From positions 10,605 through 74,604 of the forward strand of contig JBAZPG010000003.1 of NCBI GenBank assembly GCA_041648335.1: a stretch of DNA of 64,000 nt. The letters are read 5' to 3'. Shown in pieces: positions 8,901-17,622 of the stretch (positions are counted from its first letter, which is position 1; each line of letters opens with the position of its first letter). Origin of the DNA: Candidatus Micrarchaeia archaeon (GTDB taxonomy: Archaea; Micrarchaeota; Micrarchaeia; Norongarragalinales; Norongarragalinaceae). The notes under the pieces are model-generated. The model was not told the origin of the DNA. It did no database searches and saw only the letters and a program-made list of their open reading frames with translations. The translations under genes were made by a program, and so were the position numbers.

Positions 8901-9789
8901 GGATGTTCGCGCCGCTCCCCAAATCAAGGTAGCCTGTCACCGAAGCGCCCGTGAAGTGCTGGTTCGCGCGGTCCTCGGGCATTAACTCGTCTTCCACGTC
9001 GTCCGTGGCTGGCGAAATGTATTCGCCGCTATAGCACTGTGAACCCTGCTCACCGCAGTACGCAACATCCTTGTTGAGTAAGCCCGCGTAAGTGACGCGC
9101 CCCTGGATGGTGTCGCCCAGCATGCACGACGCGTTGTCCAACGGGTTCAACTTGTACAAATCCGATAACGCGATTTGGCTTCCACTGCCGGGTAGGGAAA
9201 TCTTCAAGTCCGCGTAGGGAAGTGGGCTCGCCGCGGGCAAACCCGTTGCCCCGCTGTCAACAAGCCCCCACTCCGAGAGCGCCTCCATGAACTCGGATTT
9301 CTTGCCGCGATTATTGGCGTAGAGACTCGCGCGCGACACGAGCACGGTGGCGTCGTTCGGGATGATGTCGTCGCGGCCGATGTTAACGCCGAGTTGGGTG
9401 GCGAGTTCGCGCATTTCCTCCTCGCCCGTGATTCCCATTACGGCAGCGAACGAGCGGAAGTCCACTTTATCTTGTTGGGAACCGGCGGGTGCGACCGCGA
9501 GCTGCATGGGGTTCGTGAATTCTTCGTCGGTATCGTAAGCGTTCTGTTCGGGCGTCAAGTCGTTTATCTCTTCGGCTTTGAAGCCCACGGTGGCGTCCCA
9601 GAGGCGTTGTCGGTCCTCGTCCGAAAGCGAGTGTATTATAGTATTCGCGCAACCCTCCACGCTGGTTTCCGTGGGCGTTTCAGTAACCGCTTCGGTTTCC
9701 TCAGCCGCAGGGGTTTCCGCGTAGGCGAAGGGCGCGAACGAGGACACTAACAATAACAGCATGAGTGCCAGATGCGGCGCGCGTTCCAT
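5896..9789 (-). CDS. Giant (1297 aa) secreted, tail-anchored surface protein of unknown function
   Basis: ATG start and signal peptide LALMLLLLVSSFAPFAYA. Acidic N-terminal region, several internal hydrophobic stretches, and C-terminus WPEEQPLLALMLALILAGVALVRRQGRY (TM plus basic tail). No family recognised by eye. Confidence 0.75.
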   Translation of the reverse strand: MERAPHLALMLLLLVSSFAPFAYAETPAAEETEAVTETPTETSVEGCANTIIHSLSDEDRQRLWDATVGFKAEEINDLTPEQNAYDTDEEFTNPMQLAVAPAGSQQDKVDFRSFAAVMGITGEEEMRELATQLGVNIGRDDIIPNDATVLVSRASLYANNRGKKSEFMEALSEWGLVDSGATGLPAASPLPYADLKISLPGSGSQIALSDLYKLNPLDNASCMLGDTIQGRVTYAGLLNKDVAYCGEQGSQCYSGEYISPATDDVEDELMPEDRANQHFTGASVTGYLDLGSGANILIPSFYENWITHFSKINGVQFYAALISSLSTISHARNLEQTAELKKDLMGQQSQSVNALSEAIRAPGLKDADFADMNKAFAGARGTFDNLNTEYKEAKTMLSTYNKVNRLASSTLTASVMLGFSWLGPARLMFEANDGILLNTAGGVSDQYLKVVVNRKPLEKFRSASNPWGTGKVQELLADWTGVAAPAKAFELGKVFVINKVEPANEIATVTSLTAVTPYGAGWRIATNWDGSSSSVNFEDLRKLKKDEKYTSMGFIVNELLPEAVINQKVNGDAYKYITALALPFILSRNLPSAAGNILGISVMMTGFSAGMSIDKDYGKDVVCEASVLSNLKSVYAVTSAAATAADVYLTAFGGASRITLSLTEKWRMVPVTFNAAGEPTKYVNIFRASQQQVSSQAAKSLALSKATFLSKTLPDIVNSLNPITAFQVYWGNRAMQYVSTCKDPQYKILAYAPLSIEASQEAGSNPLQQIQDLADQLNIGQAAQNSFAPVNTTEQLDRMQDVLSFRAVLENQVGAVEPEEIYYFQIEESAWSVQGGLFDKLAGNGCEFNENYDNGALNFNLGSDGVTVYNEDGSVRLALNDYWNSVRALSRMRSQENGRVILPNKIVEHTYMCEGEFVSVDGDGSATLSGDCDGACLAKALAMVANRDEGLDLSAYIGTISSVDTDKGIASFSSGTIRFLTLYPDEGEAFGVETTAPGYELMGGLASRQELRASKLTVNGDGSVMLSGAGTPETTIGSIRTIIGDKGKMEFSSDGRVLVFIYSLASMSAQNLRAVETALEDGEMNLGVDAKTGAEEDGAEINAALDAIQGEGGLDTLETDSHEFYFDGNTLRVIDKATGEATDYTITGREDLGNGQFAYDTDQGRFNFGFDVENGQPMLSAQGPNGLDEVLALLAARGDDGMLTFNPSTGAINVYNGQDIPLSADYMSKGIGFMADENGGTRGVPATNPFTQAWSTSGSGNRTGLNLPSWPEEQPLLALMLALILAGVALVRRQGRY

Positions 9790-9819
9790 GATTCTAGTGA
9801 GGCGTCACGGCTTTTTAAC

Positions 9820-10326
9820 TTATTCAGGGAGGCGTATGCAGAGCGTCATGCGGTACAGGCGTTTGCCGTCGCGGCGCTGGGTGACTAGTTTGTTCGTCTT
9901 CTCGTGCTCGTACCTGAGGGACTGCACCGCCTCGATGGCGGGACGCTTGCGCAATACTTGGATGTCGAAGCCGTGCTTGTCCTCCTTGAAAGCGACCACG
10001 TGCGTCGAACGCCCGATTATGGAGGCGAGCTTGTTCGCCACCGTGCGCGCGCGGTCGTGGGGTCCCCGCACCTGTATTACCGCCTCGTGGTAGCCCCCCG
10101 ACTTGAGGCTGCACTCGGGACAGATTTTCTTCACCGTCTCGCCGTACACTTCACCGCCGAACCATTCGCGTCCCACGCGGTGGCACTTGCAGCGCACGCA
10201 AACCTCCACGGGCTTGACTTCGCGCCGCTTGGGCGGGTTGAAGTAGTCCGCGCACCCCGGACAGAACGAGCCTTGGAACGAGTCGTCTTCGTCGATTTTC
10301 CCGCAAGTCGGGCACTGTTTGTGCAT
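9820..10326 (-). CDS. NMD3-family protein (archaeal homologue of the 60S export adaptor NMD3)
   Basis: MHKQCPTCGK...FCPGCADY...CVRCKCH...CPEC cysteine pairs followed by EAVIQVRG, typical of the NMD3 N-terminal domain. The ATG at 10326 is preferred over the upstream TTG of the ORF track. Confidence 0.7.
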   Translation of the reverse strand: MHKQCPTCGKIDEDDSFQGSFCPGCADYFNPPKRREVKPVEVCVRCKCHRVGREWFGGEVYGETVKKICPECSLKSGGYHEAVIQVRGPHDRARTVANKLASIIGRSTHVVAFKEDKHGFDIQVLRKRPAIEAVQSLRYEHEKTNKLVTQRRDGKRLYRMTLCIRLPE

Positions 10327-10422
10327 AACAAACCATTTTTTATTAACGGACTTAAACAAGGTTTCGGTGGGTTTAACATAAAGAGAATCGACAAGCGCGC
10401 GGAAGCCATAAAGGCGAGCCGC

Positions 10423-12204
10423 GTGCTGGTGACGCCGCCTGGCGCGGGCAAGATAGGGCTGGCGTTGTTCGCAATCTGCTTCACTAGCGGCGCCCTCCTC
10501 CGTTTGCTTTCGGGCGAGGGCTTCGTGGACTCGTTCGTGTTCGGGGGCTCGGAAGGCGTCTGGCTGCTGTTCTTCCCCGCGTTGTTCGCAACCGCGCTAG
10601 CCGCGGGCGTGCTCGAACGCAAGGAATTCCGCAAGCGTTTCGGGGAACTCCTCCTCGTCTCGCTGGCGGGCGCGCTGCTTGCCTCGCTAGCCATGCTCGC
10701 CGGGGTTTTCCTGTCGCACGGCTTGAACGCCGAGGTGGCGAACTTCGCGCTCCTCGGGAACGCGCTCGCCGTGCTCGTGTGGTTCGTCGCGCTATTGATA
10801 GTGTTCAACGCGCGCTTCCTGAAGGCGCTCCCGCTGGCGTTCGTGCAGGCGTTCCTGAACATCGCGTTCGTCTACGTGTGGGCGCGCGCCGGGTTGTACG
10901 CGCCGTCCGCAATGGCGATGGGCGCCTCGCCCGTGCTCGCCGGGGTGAAGCTCATGGGCGCGGCCGGGGTGATGCTGTTCGCGTTCTGGGCGCTTTCCTA
11001 CGTGTTGAACGCGCCCGCCAAAAAGAATTACGGCGTCTCGATGGTCGCCGCCACCGCGCTCTTTTTCGCGCAATGGCTGCGCGGCAACAAGGGACTCGAG
11101 GAGGTTGCGGCGGATTTGGGGGAAGAGGCGCGCGTGTTCATCGGCACCGTGATTTTCCGTTCCAGGAAGTCGCACAAACTAAAGGCGTTCTTTGTCACCC
11201 CGTTGATTCACTTCGGGCCGTTCGGCAACCTGGGGGGCAGCGAGTTCCCCGCTCTCTTGACGCGCGGGCTCGAGAAGCGTTTCGGGGGCACGGCGTTCGT
11301 GTTCCACGGCACGGTGAACCACGACTTCAACCCGGCTTACTCGTCGAGCGTGCAGGTGGTAGAGCGCGCGGTTGCTAACGCGGTAAACTCGGCTACCGAA
11401 TACTCGCACGAGGCAACGCTGCTCTCGGGGCGCAAGGGGCTCTCGTCGCTCCACGGGTACTCGTTCGGGGGGAAGGCGTTCCTCCTCGCGAGCAGGGCGC
11501 CAGCGAGCACCGAGGACTTCGACGCGGCTACGGGCACCGCGTTGCGTTACAAGATACTGGCGCGCGGATTCGGCGAAGTCGTGCTCGGGGACGCGCACAA
11601 CTCGCTCACGGACGGCGCGATGTTCGACATCGCTTCCCGCGAGTATTTCGAGTACGAGGGAGCCGTGGACGCGCTCCGCGAGCGCGGCGGCGGAAAGCTG
11701 CGCGTGGGCGTTGCGTGCGACGGCTTGAAGGGATTCTCGAAGGCGCAGGGCGTGGGCGACGCGGGGTTGCGCGCCGCAGTGATAGAGGCGGGTGGGAAAC
11801 GCTCGTGCCTTGTTGTCTTCGACGGGAACAACATGGCACCCGGCTTCCGCGAGCGCCTGTTATCCGAGATGCGCGGCTACGGTTTCGATTACTGCGACGT
11901 TGCCACGACGGACACGCACTCGGTTAACACCGTGAACGGCGCCCACAACCCGTTGGGCGCGCGCGGCAACCAGGACGCGCTCGCGAAGGCGGTGTACGCG
12001 TGCGTGGAACGCGCGCTCGCGAACGTGGAGGACTGCGAGGCTGCGGTGGAGGGCACGTACGCCGAACTCACGGTTTTCGGGGCCAAGCGCCAGAGCGAGC
12101 TCCTCACCATGATAAATTCCGTGGTGTCCGTGGCGGGAATAATCGCACCTGTGGTGCTCGCGGCAGCCGCGCTCGCGGCATTCGCATTGCTGGCAATGGC
12201 TTGA
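10423..12204 (+). CDS. Polytopic membrane protein with a large C-terminal soluble domain (DUF2070-like)
   Basis: The 766-aa ORF runs antisense through NMD3, so only the part downstream of 10360 is credible. The first in-frame start after that is GTG 10423. About 8 hydrophobic helices are followed by a soluble domain (FGPFGNLGGSEFP...FHGTVNHDFNP). The start is uncertain. Confidence 0.5.
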   Translation: MLVTPPGAGKIGLALFAICFTSGALLRLLSGEGFVDSFVFGGSEGVWLLFFPALFATALAAGVLERKEFRKRFGELLLVSLAGALLASLAMLAGVFLSHGLNAEVANFALLGNALAVLVWFVALLIVFNARFLKALPLAFVQAFLNIAFVYVWARAGLYAPSAMAMGASPVLAGVKLMGAAGVMLFAFWALSYVLNAPAKKNYGVSMVAATALFFAQWLRGNKGLEEVAADLGEEARVFIGTVIFRSRKSHKLKAFFVTPLIHFGPFGNLGGSEFPALLTRGLEKRFGGTAFVFHGTVNHDFNPAYSSSVQVVERAVANAVNSATEYSHEATLLSGRKGLSSLHGYSFGGKAFLLASRAPASTEDFDAATGTALRYKILARGFGEVVLGDAHNSLTDGAMFDIASREYFEYEGAVDALRERGGGKLRVGVACDGLKGFSKAQGVGDAGLRAAVIEAGGKRSCLVVFDGNNMAPGFRERLLSEMRGYGFDYCDVATTDTHSVNTVNGAHNPLGARGNQDALAKAVYACVERALANVEDCEAAVEGTYAELTVFGAKRQSELLTMINSVVSVAGIIAPVVLAAAALAAFALLAMA

Positions 12205-12213
12205 AAAGCTCGT

Positions 12214-12834
12214 TCAAGCGGTTTCCGGCCGCTGGGCGTCCGGACCGTTCGCCTGGCTCACGAGTTGAAGAGTCAGGGCATCCGTGGGCGCCGCCTCCTC
12301 GATTTTTATGTTGAGCCGCTTGAACAGCGTCTTGCACGCCTTGTCCTGGATTTCGCGCGCCTTGTCCGTCTTCGCTTCGGGCAAGGCGACTTCAAGGAGT
12401 GCGCCGAACCCGTCCACGTCGTAAACCGCGACGCGTAGCACGCCGAGCAGGAAGCGCCATTCGGTTACCCCGCGGACGAGCGCCTGCTGGTAACCGAGTT
12501 CCTCTAGGTCGCGCGTGATGTAGCTGCTCGCGGTTATTTCGGAGCCGAGGCGGTCGCCTTCCTGGAGCATGTAGCCGTCGAACAAGATGAATTCCTTCTG
12601 CGTCTTCTTCTCGGTGCGCACGATGAAGTAGGCGAACGCGGAACCGTACGCTTTCGCGTGCACCACGTCAGCAAACTCTCCCCCCGAGACGAACACTGCC
12701 TTTTCCTTCTTGATTTTCGCCACGAGCGCCTCGGCGTCCTCGACGGGCGCGGTGTAACGCAGCTCGGGGAGCGGCCACTTCAGCGTGTGCGTTTTCCCCC
12801 GGGGTTTCGGGAGGAGCGCATCAAACAAACCCAT
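12214..12834 (-). CDS. CYTH-like (class IV adenylate cyclase/triphosphatase-like) domain protein
   Basis: The C-terminal half LEELGYQQALVRGVTEWRFLLGVLRVAVYDVDGFGALLEVALPEAKTDKAREIQDKACKTLFKRLNI resembles the CyaB/CYTH end. The N-terminal ExExK signature was not seen. Confidence 0.4.
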   Translation of the reverse strand: MGLFDALLPKPRGKTHTLKWPLPELRYTAPVEDAEALVAKIKKEKAVFVSGGEFADVVHAKAYGSAFAYFIVRTEKKTQKEFILFDGYMLQEGDRLGSEITASSYITRDLEELGYQQALVRGVTEWRFLLGVLRVAVYDVDGFGALLEVALPEAKTDKAREIQDKACKTLFKRLNIKIEEAAPTDALTLQLVSQANGPDAQRPETA

Positions 12835-12859
12835 ATCAATTCAACGAACGCGGGGCGGG

Positions 12860-12866
12860 TTTAAAA
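12860..12866 (-). promoter_or_regulatory. TATA-like box for the CYTH-like gene (leaderless spacing)
   Basis: TTTAAAA is centred ~29 nt upstream of the ATG at 12834, in the 36-bp gap after the upstream gene stop. Confidence 0.4.
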
Positions 12867-12870
12867 CCGT

Positions 12871-15800
12871 TCACAACTCGCGGGACCCGGCTGGTTTCCC
12901 GCGCATGAAAACCCAGGCGAGCGCGAGCAAGGCGATTGTCCCGAACGCCCCGAGCACGATGCGCCAGTATTCGTTCCCGCCGTCCTGCGCGGGGAGCGCG
13001 AGGAGCTGGCGGCGGAGCGCGTTCGCGGAAGCATACGCGGAGTAATAGGCGCCGCCCTCGAATTCCGCTTGCGCGGCGTAAAGCGCGCCCGCGGTGCCCG
13101 AGTCACCGAATTGTTTCTGCTGCGCCCCGGCGAGCGCAAGCTCCGCTTGGGCGTCCGAAAGCAGGGAAGCCAACGCGTCCGAAAGCCCTGCGGACGCGGA
13201 ACGGCAATCCTGGAGCAACGCTTCCACGGAGGCGGCGTTCGCCTTGGAGGAATCCGCCACGAGCTTGTCGAGCGCCTTCATTGATTTCTCGAGTGCAGCC
13301 GCCTGCTTGGATGCGGCAGAGTACTGCGCCGAACGCCTTGCGGTCGCCTGATTTTCGGGCGCGGTCTTGAACGCGGTTGCGAAAGAGGAAAGGAACGCAG
13401 ACGCGTCCGGACGCAGGGAGGAATAATCCGCGAGGAGCGCTTCGATTTCGCCGCGTTCTACCGCTTCGCTTGCTGCTTCCGCCGCGAGCAGGACTTCCTG
13501 TTTCAGGCAGGACTCCAACGCGTCGAGGGGCTTGCCCACCGCCAGGAATCCCTTGGCTTCCCCGGCGCACGTCTTGCACGCTGCATAGAGTGCGGCAACG
13601 CGCGCCGAGGCGAGCGAATCCAAAGCCGAGGAAACCGAGTCGTAGTCCCCGAGTTCCGCGGCGGCTTCCAAAGCATTCCTCAACTCATCGTCCGAAACGG
13701 TCGCGGCGAACGCTGCGATTTCGGACTTGAAGCCGTCCAATCCGTCGGCGGTCGCCTGCGATTCGGGTGCGGCGAGGAGGGCGCGTTCGAGTTCGAACGA
13801 CGCTGAGAGCGCGGAATCAAAGCGTCCGTCCTCGAGGTGCCCGCGCAAGGCGAGGAGCTCCTGTTCCACCGAGGCGTTGAGCGAAGCGGCGAGTTCCTCC
13901 AAGTATTCCACGCGCGCCTCGGCTGCCGAGGCAATGGAATCGCACTCGAAACGGATGGACGCCCACTCGGTTGCGCCTTTTTCGAACGAAGCCACCGAAA
14001 GCACGACGGTAGAGTGGCGCGCTTTCGCCGCCGCCACAACCAAGCCCTCGCTCGACGCCCGGATGACCGAACGGGGTTCGCAACCCACGTCAACATAATC
14101 GGCGTACTCAAAGTCTTCGAGGGAGCCGTAATCGTTGCGGAGCGAGTAATTCAATTCCACGAACGAACCGGACGCGGAAAGCGACGCAGCCACGTGCACG
14201 GGGTTCGCCACGGAGAACTCGAGGGCGAACCAGTGGCGTCCCGGCTCGAAGAACGCGAACGCCTTCCCATCCGTGCTCCACTCGACCGCACCCTGGTCGG
14301 ACTCCGCGGCAACCACGCGTCCGTTCGTCACCTCGTCCAGTTCGTAAAACCCAGGGTAATCCGCGTCGAAGAGCACGGTCTTCAGGACGCGCGCCTCGTC
14401 CGCCCGCGCGAACAGCGTCTCGACTGAGGAACCGGCGCGCGTCGCGGCAACCGCGGTTTTCAACGCAACGAACTCGAACACCTCGCCTTCGGCTACGCCG
14501 TCGAGCAGGAGGGCGTTGTTCGCGTAACGGAATCCCGCGGGTAAGCCCGCGCCCTCTAGGCAACGCGAGAGCTCCGCGGTTTCCACGGCAAGGAGTCCGT
14601 CGTACGAAAGCAACAAGTCGTTCTCCAGGCGCACGGTGAACGAGAGCTGCGAGGGCGTGCCTATTGCATAGGGTTCGCCGTCGCCGTACGAGATGGAAAG
14701 CGTTTCCACGAGGCGGGCTCGAATCAGGTTCGGGGCTTGCACGCGCGAATATTCCACGAGTTCCGCCAGCGTTTCACGCAGCCCGGCGAGCGAACCGAGT
14801 GCAGCCCGTTCGTCCAGCCAGCCCGACGCGAAGAATGCGGACGCCTCGAGCAAGTCCGCCTGCTTTTCAACGGGAAACAGGGATTCGAGCGGGGCGACGA
14901 GCGCGTAATCCGCTTCCAACGCGTCCGCGTATTCCAGGCGCGCCGCAGCGTACGCGCTTTCCTCTATTGCGACAAGGTCCGAGGCTAGGAAGGCGAGCGC
15001 CGCAGCGTCCCGCGGCGTGGAACCGAGCGGTTTCAATGCGGCGCTGATTGAGGACAAACGGCTTTCCTCTTGCTCCAGGTTCAAGCCGTCCGACTTCGCC
15101 GCAGCTAAGACGCCAGCCACGCGTTCGACTTCACCTTCAAGGAACGCCTTGGAGTGGAACGCGTCCCCGCTCCATTCGCCCAGCTGGGATTCTATTTCAA
15201 GCGCGCGGTTCACCAGGCGGAGGTAGAGGTTCACGCGCCCGCCGAGCGAGGGCACCTTCGCGTCCGCGTTGTCGAGCGAGGATTGGATTTGGGCGAGCGC
15301 GGCGGAGTAAGCGTAAGCGTCGGGTTGGGCTTGCGTTGCCTCCAGCGCGGCAGCGAGCTCGGCGTTCGCGCGCTCCCGCAAAGCGGCTTCGAGTTCGTAG
15401 CCGCGTGCAGCGTAGTCAACGAGCATCGCCGAACAGGAATCGAGGCGCGCCGCCGAGTCGCGTAACGCGTTTATCGCGCGGCTCGCGTAACCCGCGTCGC
15501 TCGAACGCCAAACGCGTTCCGCCTCGTCCAATCCCCACGAACCCAGCGAACACGAGGCGCTCGCCTCGGCCAAATCGCGTTCGAACGACTGCACGGCGTA
15601 CTGGGTGGCTGCCTTGCTTCCCGCGCCCACCGCGAGGAACGCGTCCTCGCTCACTGCATCCAAGCCGAGCGCTTCCCCGTCGCGGAGCGCCTGCTTGGCT
15701 TCGGCTTCCCGCGCGCGCGTCGAGTCCAGCGAGAGCGCGTACTCTTCCTCGAGCGAGGCGATTGCCGCGTTGGCTTCTTCAAACAGGATGGTTTCCCGCG

Positions 15801-16434
15801 AGAGCAACGCGAAAGAGGAGTCCGCCGCAGCGGTCAACGCGGCGGCGTTGGGTGCATAGTCAATCGACGCCTGGGCTTCCTCGAGGGAAGAACGGGCGCG
15901 CTCGAAGAATGCTCCGAACGATTCGCCTTCGCCGTCCCGCGCGACGATCAGCGCCTCGGCTTCGGCAAGGTCCTCGAGGAAACCCGCCGCGGGGCCCGTG
16001 AAAGAGGAGTCCAGCATCTTGTCCAGCTTCGCGAGCCGGGCGTCCACCGAGGAGAGCCCGCTCTTCGCGGATAGCACCGCGTGGTTCAATCCGAGGGCGC
16101 CGTGCGTGTGGCAGGCGACCGAAGCGTAACGGTAGACGCCGTCGCCCGCGGGCGTAGCCGGGTTGAACGCGAGTTGGATGAAAGCGTACCAGGCGGCGTA
16201 ACCGAACTCCTGTTCCGCGAGGCGTGCCTCCTCAACCGCGGGGGAGAACGCGGAGTCCGCCTTGAGGTTCGCGGGAAGCTTCGGCACGTAAAGGAAACCA
16301 GCGCACGATTGCGGGTTCAGGTAGAGCGCGGAATAGTCTATGCGTGTTTCACTCAACAGGTAGGCGTAGCCTTGGAAGCCCAGCGCCGAAGCGAGGCAGG
16401 GCAGGAGGAGCAGCGCAGCGAGCGTTAAACGCAC
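12871..16434 (-). CDS. Giant (1187 aa) Ala/Leu/Glu-rich secreted, tail-anchored protein of unknown function
   Basis: GTG start and signal peptide LTLAALLLLPCLASALG. Long helical Ala-rich N- and C-terminal regions flank a beta-rich centre. C-terminal TM IVLGAFGTIALLALAWVF is followed by MRGKPAGSREL. Confidence 0.7.
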   Translation of the reverse strand: MRLTLAALLLLPCLASALGFQGYAYLLSETRIDYSALYLNPQSCAGFLYVPKLPANLKADSAFSPAVEEARLAEQEFGYAAWYAFIQLAFNPATPAGDGVYRYASVACHTHGALGLNHAVLSAKSGLSSVDARLAKLDKMLDSSFTGPAAGFLEDLAEAEALIVARDGEGESFGAFFERARSSLEEAQASIDYAPNAAALTAAADSSFALLSRETILFEEANAAIASLEEEYALSLDSTRAREAEAKQALRDGEALGLDAVSEDAFLAVGAGSKAATQYAVQSFERDLAEASASCSLGSWGLDEAERVWRSSDAGYASRAINALRDSAARLDSCSAMLVDYAARGYELEAALRERANAELAAALEATQAQPDAYAYSAALAQIQSSLDNADAKVPSLGGRVNLYLRLVNRALEIESQLGEWSGDAFHSKAFLEGEVERVAGVLAAAKSDGLNLEQEESRLSSISAALKPLGSTPRDAAALAFLASDLVAIEESAYAAARLEYADALEADYALVAPLESLFPVEKQADLLEASAFFASGWLDERAALGSLAGLRETLAELVEYSRVQAPNLIRARLVETLSISYGDGEPYAIGTPSQLSFTVRLENDLLLSYDGLLAVETAELSRCLEGAGLPAGFRYANNALLLDGVAEGEVFEFVALKTAVAATRAGSSVETLFARADEARVLKTVLFDADYPGFYELDEVTNGRVVAAESDQGAVEWSTDGKAFAFFEPGRHWFALEFSVANPVHVAASLSASGSFVELNYSLRNDYGSLEDFEYADYVDVGCEPRSVIRASSEGLVVAAAKARHSTVVLSVASFEKGATEWASIRFECDSIASAAEARVEYLEELAASLNASVEQELLALRGHLEDGRFDSALSASFELERALLAAPESQATADGLDGFKSEIAAFAATVSDDELRNALEAAAELGDYDSVSSALDSLASARVAALYAACKTCAGEAKGFLAVGKPLDALESCLKQEVLLAAEAASEAVERGEIEALLADYSSLRPDASAFLSSFATAFKTAPENQATARRSAQYSAASKQAAALEKSMKALDKLVADSSKANAASVEALLQDCRSASAGLSDALASLLSDAQAELALAGAQQKQFGDSGTAGALYAAQAEFEGGAYYSAYASANALRRQLLALPAQDGGNEYWRIVLGAFGTIALLALAWVFMRGKPAGSREL

Positions 16435-16455
16435 GAAAAAGGCAGGCAGCCGCGC

Positions 16456-16464
16456 TTAAAAAAA
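16456..16464. promoter_or_regulatory. Single central A/T box shared by divergent genes (starts at 16434 and 16484)
   Basis: TTAAAAAAA lies in the middle of a 49-bp divergent intergenic region, ~22 nt and ~20 nt from the two start codons. Confidence 0.4.
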
Positions 16465-16483
16465 CCGCCGAACTAAACGATTC

Positions 16484-17011
16484 ATGCTCAAAAAAGCGGA
16501 CGGCACGAAACTGTTGGGAATCGCCCGGAGCGCGGTAGAGGCGCGCTTCCGCGGGAAATCATTGACTGTCACGAATTACCAGGAGAAACGCGGGGTGTTC
16601 GTTACGATTACCAGGGCGGGCGCATTGCGCGGGTGCATCGGTTACCCGCTCCCCGAAAAGGCGTTGGGGGAGAGCGTTGCCGAGATGGCGTGTGCTGCGG
16701 CATTCGAAGACCCGCGTTTCCCTTCCCTTGCAAAGGAAGAGTTGCCGGAAATAAGTTTCGAAATAAGCGTGCTCTCGTTGCCCGAACCGGTGCGAGACGC
16801 GTTGAAGGAAATAAAATTGGGAAGGGACGGCTTGATTATCGAGGCGCACGGGCGCGCCGGACTACTGCTGCCCCAGGTGCCCGTCGAGCAGGGCTGGAAC
16901 CTCGAGGAGTTCCTCGAGGCGTTGTGCGAGAAGGCCGGGCTCGCGCGCGGCGCCTGGAGGACGGCGCGCCTCGAGCGTTTCGAGGCGCAAGTGTTCCGCG
17001 AGCGTTTCTAG
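16484..17011 (+). CDS. AMMECR1 domain protein (AmmeMemoRadiSam system protein A)
   Basis: 175 aa with the diagnostic RGCIGY motif plus AAFEDPRFP and LLLPQV segments. Confidence 0.85.
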   Translation: MLKKADGTKLLGIARSAVEARFRGKSLTVTNYQEKRGVFVTITRAGALRGCIGYPLPEKALGESVAEMACAAAFEDPRFPSLAKEELPEISFEISVLSLPEPVRDALKEIKLGRDGLIIEAHGRAGLLLPQVPVEQGWNLEEFLEALCEKAGLARGAWRTARLERFEAQVFRERF

Positions 17012-17562
17012 AAATCCACTTTCGGCGCGCGGCGTTCGCCTTCGCCCACGGCGAAGAACTCGAGTTTCTTGAAACCGAACGAGTTACCGATTATCGAGTC
17101 GGGCACCACTTGGAGCTTGGTGTTGTACATCTGCACGACGTCGTTGTAGAATCCGCGCGAGTAAGCGATTTTCTCTTCGAGGTCCGCGAGCTCTTCCTGC
17201 AGCTTGAGGAAGTTCTGGTTCGCCTGGAGCTGGGGGTAATTCTCCGCTACGGCGAACAGCGTCTTGAGCGTGTCGGTGAGCGCGTTGGCTGCCTTCGCCT
17301 TCGCGGGCATTGTCTTCGCCTGGGCGAGCGAGGCGCGCGCCTTGGTGACGTTCTCGAATACGCTCTTCTCGTGCTTGGCGTAACCCTTCACGGTCGCGAC
17401 GAGGTTGGGGACGAGGTCGCTCCGCTTCTTGAGCTGGACGTCGATTTGCGAGAGCGCGTTCTCCCCGCGCACCTTGAGCGTGACGAACCCATTGTAGGCG
17501 AGGAGCGCCCACAATGCTATCAAGGCGATTAAACCCAGCAAGCCCCACAATAGAAAATCCAT
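17008..17562 (-). CDS. lemA: LemA family membrane protein
   Basis: N-terminal TM ([18 protein letters not shown]) followed by the LemA core ([17 protein letters not shown]...YAKHE...[12 protein letters not shown]...[12 protein letters not shown]). Confidence 0.85.
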   Translation of the reverse strand: MDFLLWGLLGLIALIALWALLAYNGFVTLKVRGENALSQIDVQLKKRSDLVPNLVATVKGYAKHEKSVFENVTKARASLAQAKTMPAKAKAANALTDTLKTLFAVAENYPQLQANQNFLKLQEELADLEEKIAYSRGFYNDVVQMYNTKLQVVPDSIIGNSFGFKKLEFFAVGEGERRAPKVDF

Positions 17563-17622
17563 TTTTCAGTTCACCGTTTTGTTGAATCCAGTTAGTTTTT
17601 TCCCGTATTAAAACGAGCGGGT

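Noticed and set aside
9904-10422. N-terminal ~170 codons of the 766-aa ORF (9904-12204)
   Set aside because: This part runs antisense through the well-supported NMD3 gene and translates to Arg/Ala/Val-rich low-information sequence. Only the portion downstream of the NMD3 start shows TM helices and a coherent domain. The gene was therefore re-started at the first in-frame GTG (10423).
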